From: Pseudomonadota bacterium
Lineage (GTDB): Bacteria > Myxococcota > JACRCW01 > JAFGSX01
Length of the DNA stretch: 11,469 bases
Reading direction: 5' to 3'
Assembly (NCBI GenBank): GCA_043821645.1
Contig: JBDRCO010000035.1
Location: 1-11,469 of the forward strand
Shown: one piece after another, positions 6,056 through 11,469 of the stretch
How the letters are laid out: each line of letters begins with the position of its first letter
How positions within the stretch are numbered: position 1 is the stretch's first letter
The notes under the pieces: generated by a model
What the model saw: only the letters and a program-made list of their open reading frames with translations
Database searches by the model: none
Told to the model about the DNA's origin: nothing
Position numbers and translations under genes: made by a program

Positions 6056-8176
6056 CTAAAACGCCAGCTCCAGCCGCACCCGTCCCTCGACACCGGGCCC
6101 GTCGAGACCCGAACCATGCACCCGGTAGCTCTGATCAAACAGGTTGTGCAGGCGCGCGCTCAGCCGCACCGCCTGCAGGATGCGATAGCTCGCGAACAGC
6201 CCCAGCACGAAGAAGCCGGGCGTGCCACCCTCGGCAATGCGCGGATCGCTGCGATCGCGCGCGGACAGGCGGTCCTGGGTCAGCGCCCACAGCGCCTCGC
6301 TGCCCAGCAGCAGGCCGTCGACAGGCTGGCTGCGCACTCCCAGCGAGCCGGTGGCCGGCGGGATGCGCGACAGCGGCTCGTCGTGGGTCAGGTCCTGGCC
6401 GTGGGTGTATGCGAAGGTCGCGACCAGCTCCGTCGACGCCGGCAGCTGCAGGTGTGCCTCGCTCTCCACACCGACGATGGTGGCCAGACCTGCGTTGACG
6501 CGCATGAACACGGGAACGCCATCGTGAAGCTCCTGGCCCGCGAAGCGCCCGGGCTGACGCACGATCAGGTCGTGCAGCACGCTGGCGTGACCCGCGAGCT
6601 CGGCGGAGAAGGGCCCCAGGTCCCAGCGCGCCACCAGCTCGGCGCCGCTGAGGCGCTCGGGTCCCAGGTTCAGGGCGTCGGCGAACTCGTAGCCGCCCCC
6701 GAACTGGTCGCGCCCGGTCAGGTCGTAGAGATTGGGCGCGCGGAAGCCGTGCATGAGGCTGAGACCCAGGCGCAGTCCATCAAACACCTGCGCTTCACCC
6801 GAGAGACTCGCAGAGGGCGCGGCAAAGGAGCGGTCCAGATCGTGGCCCAGACGGGTCGGGTCGCTCGCCCTGGCTTGGTAGCCAGACAGGCGTACACCAA
6901 GCACCGCAGCCCAGGTCTCGCTTGCCGCCAGGCGTTGCTCCGCGAACACCCCCATCGAGGTGTAGCTGCTGCCATCGGCCACGGTGGCGAGTTCTGGTGT
7001 GCGTTCCCCCGGTGCGCTCGCCACCTCGGCATCGATGCCGCGCACACTGCGACGCCAGGCCTGGCTGTCCACCAGATCGTGGTAGACCTCCCCGCCAGCG
7101 CTGAAGCGCGCGTGCAGCGGCGTGTCGACGGAGAAGCGCCGCGATAGCAGCAGGTGGCCACCCAGGGTGAGCACGTCGTCCTGCCTGGTCTCCACAAGCG
7201 CCCTGTCCCAGCGCAGGCGCTCTGTCTTCTCGTGGAAGTTCTGCACGCTCAGGATGGTCTCGACCTCGTCGAGCAGCTGACCGGCCACGCCGCGGTAGCG
7301 CAAGCTGCCGAGGTCGATGAACTGTTCGGTCATCGTGCGGCAATCGCGCACCCGACCGCCGTCATAGCGCGCGCACTTGTCCGGCCGCGGCGCATCGATC
7401 TGGCGCAGGGCCAGAACGCCGCTCTGGAGCCGATGGCCTGCTCGGGGCTCGTAGCTCAGCTTGGCGTCGAGGCCACCGCGACGGTAGCCCGAAAAGTCCT
7501 GCATGCCGGTATCGCGACCACCCCGCAGGTTCCCGATCTGGCCCAGGTCCCCGCCGACGCGCAGAGCCAGCGCGGGTGCACCGGCATCAACCTCGGTGTG
7601 GCCGAGCAGGGTCTCGGAGGCGCTGCGAAAAGTCGTGACAAGGTTGCCCTGCACGGCGAAGCCCTCGTCGACGAAGGTCGGGTCCTTGGTGCGCAGGTGC
7701 ACCACCCCCCCCAGGGCATCACTGCCATGCAGCACCGAACCAGGACCCCGCAACACCTCGACACGCTGCAGGCTGCCCAGCTCGATGGCGTTGAGGTACT
7801 GCACCGGACCCTCGCGCCAGATGCTGTTGTTCAGGCGCACTCCGTCGACGAGAACGAGCACCTGCGGCCCCACCAGGCCGCGCAGGATGGGCGAGCCACC
7901 ATTGCCCGAGCTGCGCTGCAAAGACAGCCCGGGCAGTGCTTCGAGAGCATCGGGCAGGTCGGTCTCGACCTCATTGAGGGCTTGCGCCACCTCCACCGTC
8001 GAGATCAGTCGACCGGTGCGGGTGGCCTGCTCGGGGGTGGCCGTGGCCGTGACCTGCATCGCGGGAGCAGGCGGCAGGATGGTCGACGCCGGGGTCTGAT
8101 CCCCGTCGTCCGCCCCCGCGCCAGAGGCGAGCACCAGGGACGCCGCGCAGACGAGAACCCGCAACCAGTGGCTCAT
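6056..8176 (-). CDS. TonB-dependent outer-membrane receptor
   Basis: Signal peptide; TonB-box-like MQVTAT; plug motifs DALEALPGL, SPILRG, VLVLVDGVRLN and RVEVLRGPGSVLHGSDALGGVV; barrel motifs GFRAPNL, LGPE and HNLFDQSY; C-terminal Phe (LELAF). Confidence 0.95.
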   Translation of the reverse strand: MSHWLRVLVCAASLVLASGAGADDGDQTPASTILPPAPAMQVTATATPEQATRTGRLISTVEVAQALNEVETDLPDALEALPGLSLQRSSGNGGSPILRGLVGPQVLVLVDGVRLNNSIWREGPVQYLNAIELGSLQRVEVLRGPGSVLHGSDALGGVVHLRTKDPTFVDEGFAVQGNLVTTFRSASETLLGHTEVDAGAPALALRVGGDLGQIGNLRGGRDTGMQDFSGYRRGGLDAKLSYEPRAGHRLQSGVLALRQIDAPRPDKCARYDGGRVRDCRTMTEQFIDLGSLRYRGVAGQLLDEVETILSVQNFHEKTERLRWDRALVETRQDDVLTLGGHLLLSRRFSVDTPLHARFSAGGEVYHDLVDSQAWRRSVRGIDAEVASAPGERTPELATVADGSSYTSMGVFAEQRLAASETWAAVLGVRLSGYQARASDPTRLGHDLDRSFAAPSASLSGEAQVFDGLRLGLSLMHGFRAPNLYDLTGRDQFGGGYEFADALNLGPERLSGAELVARWDLGPFSAELAGHASVLHDLIVRQPGRFAGQELHDGVPVFMRVNAGLATIVGVESEAHLQLPASTELVATFAYTHGQDLTHDEPLSRIPPATGSLGVRSQPVDGLLLGSEALWALTQDRLSARDRSDPRIAEGGTPGFFVLGLFASYRILQAVRLSARLHNLFDQSYRVHGSGLDGPGVEGRVRLELAF

Positions 8177-10173
8177 ACCCCGCCCTTCTCGTCGAGCATC
8201 TGAAAAAAATCTCTCTCGCGGAGGATGCGCATGGCCGAGCCCTGGGCCACGTACTTGTCGGCCGTCTTGTGCTTGCTGCTCCTGGCACCCTCGCCGAGAA
8301 GGGGCGAGCCCTTGTCGCCGATGACCAGGTAGTCCAGGTCCTGGGTCACGCTGCCCGGGGTCTTACCGCCGCGCTCGCGCACCTTCTGCTGGGCCGTCTT
8401 GCGATCCATCAGGGCCAGGGTACCGGTGAACACCACGGACTTGCCGCAAAGCGGGTGGCCCGTCACCGCGGGCGCCTGCACCTGCACCACCTCGATCTGC
8501 TGCAGCAATGCGTCGATGCGCGGAGCCAGACGCTGCAGGCCGTCCACCACGCTGCGCGCCCGCTCCTCGCCAAAACCCTCGAGGGCCGTGAGCTGCTCTG
8601 CGCTGGCCTGGCGAATCGCCGCCAAATCACCCAGGTTGTCGACGAGCTTCTCGGCCATCACGGGCCCCAGGTCCTCGATGCCCAGGGCTGTCAGAAAGCT
8701 CGTCAGGGGAATGCGGCGCCGCGCCTGCAGGGCCTCGACCAGCTTCTGCGCCAGCCTGTCGCCGATGCGAATCTTCTCGCCCTCGACCTCGGCTCCGCGC
8801 AGCGCGAGCAAGGCATCGACAGTCAGCGAGAAGAAATCCCGCGGCCGCCGCACCGTGCCCGTCGTCACCAGGGCCCGCAACAGGCGCTCGCCAAAACCCT
8901 CGACGTCCAGGGTCTTGGCAAAATGCTCCAGAGTTCCCACCAGGGCCGCGGGACAGGCGTCCGGGTCACAGCAGGTGAGGAACTTGTCGCGACGCTCGAC
9001 GGGACCCTGGCAGGACGGACAGCGCACGGGCAGGGCCAGGGCGGCGCCGCCAGATTGCACCACGCCCTCGACCTGGGGAATGACCTCGCCGCGACGGCTC
9101 AGCTCGACCACACAACCCTCGCTCAGACCCAGCTTCTCGAAGATCTCGAGATTGTGCAGCGAGGCGCGGGACACGTTGGCGCCCGAGAGGAACACGGGCT
9201 CGACCACTGCCACGGGGGTGATGCGGCCGGTGCGGGACACGCTCCATTCGACACTCTGCAGGGGCGAGTTGCCGGTCTCGGCCTTGAACTTGAACGCGAT
9301 GGCGAAGCGAGGATGGTGATCGGTGGCGCCAAGACGCACCTGCTCGGCCAGATCGTCAGCCTTGAGCACCACCCCGTCCGTGTCGCAGTCCAGCTGCAGC
9401 GCCACCCCGCGCATACGCTCCACCACCTGCCACAGCGCGTCCGCGTCCTGTGGCTGCACGCGTTCGTGGGGCAGCACCGCGAAGCCCATGTTGGTCAGCC
9501 GCGCCAGCTTGACCTGCTCGCTGGCCACGTCACTGCCCAGCAGATCGTAAGCGAAGAACGACAGACCGTAGCTGGCGGTCTTCGAGGGATCCTTCTGCTT
9601 GATGGCGCCTGCGGTCAAATTGCGCGCGTTGACGAAGTCCGCGGCAAAGTTTTGCGCGAAGCGCGACCGCCGCAAGTACAGCTCGCCCCTCACCTCGATG
9701 GTGCCGGTCTTCAGAGCCCCGGGGATCTCGTCGACCCGGCGCACGTTGGCCGTGATGTCCTCGCCCCGCACCCCGTCGCCGCGGGTGGCGGCGAGCACCA
9801 GCTGACCGGCGGCGTCGTAGCGCAGCGAGCAGGCCACACCGTCGATCTTGGGCGAGACCACCAGCGCGCCCTCGACCTTGCGCTCGCGGCTCTTCGGCTT
9901 CTCGATAAAGGCCCACAGCTCGTCCAGGCTGTAGGCCTTGTCCAGGCTGAGCATGGGCGCCGCGTGCACCACCTCGGCACCGAAGCGCGTGGGTCCCAGG
10001 GCCCGCAGCACCGGACTGTCGGGCTGGCGCGCGCGCAGGGCCTCGACCAGCAGGTCATAGTCGGTGTCGGCCAGCTCCGGGGAATTCAGATCCCAGTACA
10101 GATGGTTGTGATGGGACACCAGCGCTTCGAGCGCCGCGGCGTCCAGGGTGGAAAGGTCGGGCAGTCCCGGCAT
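8173..10173 (-). CDS. ligA: NAD+-dependent DNA ligase
   Basis: Domain Ia HHNHLYW..PELADTDYD; PMLSLDK; adenylation motif KIDG; TRGDG..GEDIT; EVRGE; DGVVLK; PRFAIAFKF; OB-fold SRTGRITPVA and ASLHN; C4 zinc finger CPSC..C..C; HhH motifs; BRCT SVVFTGTL. Start at ATG 10173 (MPGLPD); the track start at 10260 overlaps the divergent gene. Confidence 0.97.
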   Translation of the reverse strand: MPGLPDLSTLDAAALEALVSHHNHLYWDLNSPELADTDYDLLVEALRARQPDSPVLRALGPTRFGAEVVHAAPMLSLDKAYSLDELWAFIEKPKSRERKVEGALVVSPKIDGVACSLRYDAAGQLVLAATRGDGVRGEDITANVRRVDEIPGALKTGTIEVRGELYLRRSRFAQNFAADFVNARNLTAGAIKQKDPSKTASYGLSFFAYDLLGSDVASEQVKLARLTNMGFAVLPHERVQPQDADALWQVVERMRGVALQLDCDTDGVVLKADDLAEQVRLGATDHHPRFAIAFKFKAETGNSPLQSVEWSVSRTGRITPVAVVEPVFLSGANVSRASLHNLEIFEKLGLSEGCVVELSRRGEVIPQVEGVVQSGGAALALPVRCPSCQGPVERRDKFLTCCDPDACPAALVGTLEHFAKTLDVEGFGERLLRALVTTGTVRRPRDFFSLTVDALLALRGAEVEGEKIRIGDRLAQKLVEALQARRRIPLTSFLTALGIEDLGPVMAEKLVDNLGDLAAIRQASAEQLTALEGFGEERARSVVDGLQRLAPRIDALLQQIEVVQVQAPAVTGHPLCGKSVVFTGTLALMDRKTAQQKVRERGGKTPGSVTQDLDYLVIGDKGSPLLGEGARSSKHKTADKYVAQGSAMRILRERDFFQMLDEKGGV

Positions 10174-10229
10174 GGGATGTATATAGAACGGGGGCAGCGC
10201 CACACGCCAGCGACTGCTATAAAGGGCCC
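10174..10229. promoter_or_regulatory. 56-bp divergent promoter region with two symmetric TATA-like -10 boxes
   Basis: Plus strand: TGcTATAAA-gggccc-ATG(10230). Minus strand: tcTATATA-catccc-ATG(10173). Neither side has a Shine-Dalgarno. Confidence 0.55.
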
Positions 10230-10634
10230 ATGAGAACCCGCCTCCTGCTGTGCACTGCACTCCTCACCTTGCTCGCACTCGCCTGCAGCGAGGACTCCCC
10301 GGAGAAGGCCTTTCGCGCCTTCACCCTCGCCGTGAGCAAGGGCGAGCACGCCCGCGCCTGGGACCTGTTCTCCGTCGACACGCGCACACGCCTCGACAGC
10401 ATGATCCGCGCCCAGGACCCTTCGGCCAAGGGCGACCAGGTCCACGAGGTGCTGTTCCAGCGCGGCCTGTTGCGGGCCACCCGCGAGATCGTGGGCATCG
10501 AGGTGCTGACCCAGTCCCGCGGACGCGCCGTGCTGCGCGTGTCCGACGAGGAAGGCGAGCAGCAGCAGGTGACCATGGTGCTCGAGGACGGTGCCTGGAA
10601 GCTCCTGCTCGAGCTCCCCGAGAACCCCGCGTGA
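10230..10634 (+). CDS. Small putative lipoprotein, NTF2-like/DUF4878-like fold
   Basis: MRTRLLLCTALLTLLALAC gives a lipobox-like Cys19. SPEKAFRAFTLAVSKGEHARAWDLFS, RAVLRV and VTMVLEDGAWKL follow the pattern of NTF2-like lipoproteins. Confidence 0.8.
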   Translation: MRTRLLLCTALLTLLALACSEDSPEKAFRAFTLAVSKGEHARAWDLFSVDTRTRLDSMIRAQDPSAKGDQVHEVLFQRGLLRATREIVGIEVLTQSRGRAVLRVSDEEGEQQQVTMVLEDGAWKLLLELPENPA

Positions 10635-11469
10635 TCCGTCCCGCCCTGGCCTTGCTCGCGGCGGTCCTGCTCCTGGGCGCCGCGCCGAGCAGCCGCCCCG
10701 CGCACCGCGCCCTCGACGACCAGGCCGTGCGCGCGCTCCTGGTCGAGGTGCAGCAGCTGCCCTCGCTCGAGCAGCGCATCCCGCTCATCTCGTCGAGACT
10801 GCACGGCGCGCCCTACGCATTCTCGCCCCTGGGTGAGGGCCGGGGCCAGCCCCCCGACGAGGACCCGCGCTTCCGGGTGGACCGGTTCGACTGCACCACC
10901 TTCGTCGAGACCGTGGTCGCCCTCAGCCTGGCCCACGACCTCGACGAGGCGCGGGTCCTGCTCGACCACCTGCGCTACCAGGATGGCAAGGTCAGCTTCG
11001 CCACGCGCAAGCACTTTCCCGAGGCGCAGTGGATCCCGCTCAACATCCACGACGGCTTCTTCACCGACATCACGCGCCAGGTCGGCGGCGATCGCGTCGT
11101 CATCGCCCGCAAGCGCCTCGACAGCGAGGTGTGGGCTCACCGGCGCACTAAGATCCTGAACGAGCTGGACCCCGCGCAGATCCCCAGCGGCACCTTCGAG
11201 CTGCCCGTGATCCCGCCCCTGGCCGCGCGCCAGGTGCTGGACCGCATCCCCGACGGCACCGTGGTCAGCATCGTACGCGAGGACTTCAAGTCCATACCCA
11301 TCCGCGTCAGCCACCAGGGGCTGCTGGTGCGCAAGAAGGGCGTCCTGGTCCTGCGCCACGCCATGCCCAAGGGCATTGACCGGGTCATCGACGAGAACTT
11401 CGACAGCTACCTCGCGCGCATCGGTCAGTACGGCAAGTGGCCGGTCACCGGCATCCATCTGCTGCAGCC
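10631..11469 (+). CDS. Partial (3' end beyond the window) DUF1460 family N-acetylmuramoyl-L-alanine amidase-like protein, NlpC/P60 superfamily
   Basis: Manual translation from GTG 10631, which overlaps the upstream stop (GTGA): MIRPALALLAAVLLLGAAP...GAPYAFSPLGEG...DPRFRVDRFDCTTFVETVVAL...LRYQDGKVSFATRKHFPEAQW...VSHQGLL...LRHA...WPVTGIHLLQ. Putative catalytic Cys88 (10892), His228 (11312) and His243 (11357). Absent from the ORF track because no stop falls inside the window. Confidence 0.9.
   Translation, partial: MIRPALALLAAVLLLGAAPSSRPAHRALDDQAVRALLVEVQQLPSLEQRIPLISSRLHGAPYAFSPLGEGRGQPPDEDPRFRVDRFDCTTFVETVVALSLAHDLDEARVLLDHLRYQDGKVSFATRKHFPEAQWIPLNIHDGFFTDITRQVGGDRVVIARKRLDSEVWAHRRTKILNELDPAQIPSGTFELPVIPPLAARQVLDRIPDGTVVSIVREDFKSIPIRVSHQGLLVRKKGVLVLRHAMPKGIDRVIDENFDSYLARIGQYGKWPVTGIHLLQ

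Noticed and set aside
5134..8176. Radical SAM plus TBDR as a heme-utilisation or RiPP cluster
   Set aside because: The genes are convergent, the enzyme lacks HemN/HutW or SPASM features, and there is no precursor peptide, PqqD-like gene or transporter.
8269..10233. 654-aa + strand ORF
   Set aside because: Antisense shadow of ligA, expected from high GC at third codon positions; no recognisable motifs.
10174..10260. N-terminal extension of LigA in the ORF track
   Set aside because: Overlaps the divergent lipoprotein start and the promoter region; ligase homology starts after ATG 10173.
10217..11458. 413-aa - strand ORF
   Set aside because: Antisense to the lipoprotein and DUF1460 genes, which carry clear family motifs.
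1..11469. CRISPR array, tRNA/rRNA, IS element, prophage or known defence system
   Set aside because: No regularly spaced repeats, RNA-gene signatures, or transposase, integrase or nuclease motifs were seen by eye. A covariance-model scan was not possible.

Overview
GC-rich bacterial chromosomal window (roughly two-thirds GC by eye). The lipoprotein architecture and protein styles suggest Myxococcota/delta-proteobacteria, which is inference. Ten genes are supported, left to right: (1) the 5' end of a secreted alpha/beta protein on the - strand, missing from the ORF track; (2) a YafK/DpaA-type YkuD-family peptidoglycan enzyme; (3) a lipoprotein with a Cys-rich module, an Asp/Ala linker and a beta-propeller; (4) tlyA; (5) an orphan 563-aa cysteine-free protein with a canonical N-terminal EF-hand loop and a long helical body with Trp-rich tips; (6) a stand-alone radical SAM enzyme; (7) a TonB-dependent receptor overlapping the stop of (8) NAD-dependent DNA ligase ligA; (9) a small NTF2-like lipoprotein overlapping (10) a DUF1460 NlpC/P60-type amidase that runs off the window end and is also missing from the ORF track. 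No RNA genes, CRISPR arrays, transposases or integrases were seen. The best candidates for novelty are the orphan EF-hand/helical protein, the lipoprotein-amidase pair, the ligA-TBDR coupling and the apparent leaderless promoters, including a symmetric back-to-back pair in 56 bp.
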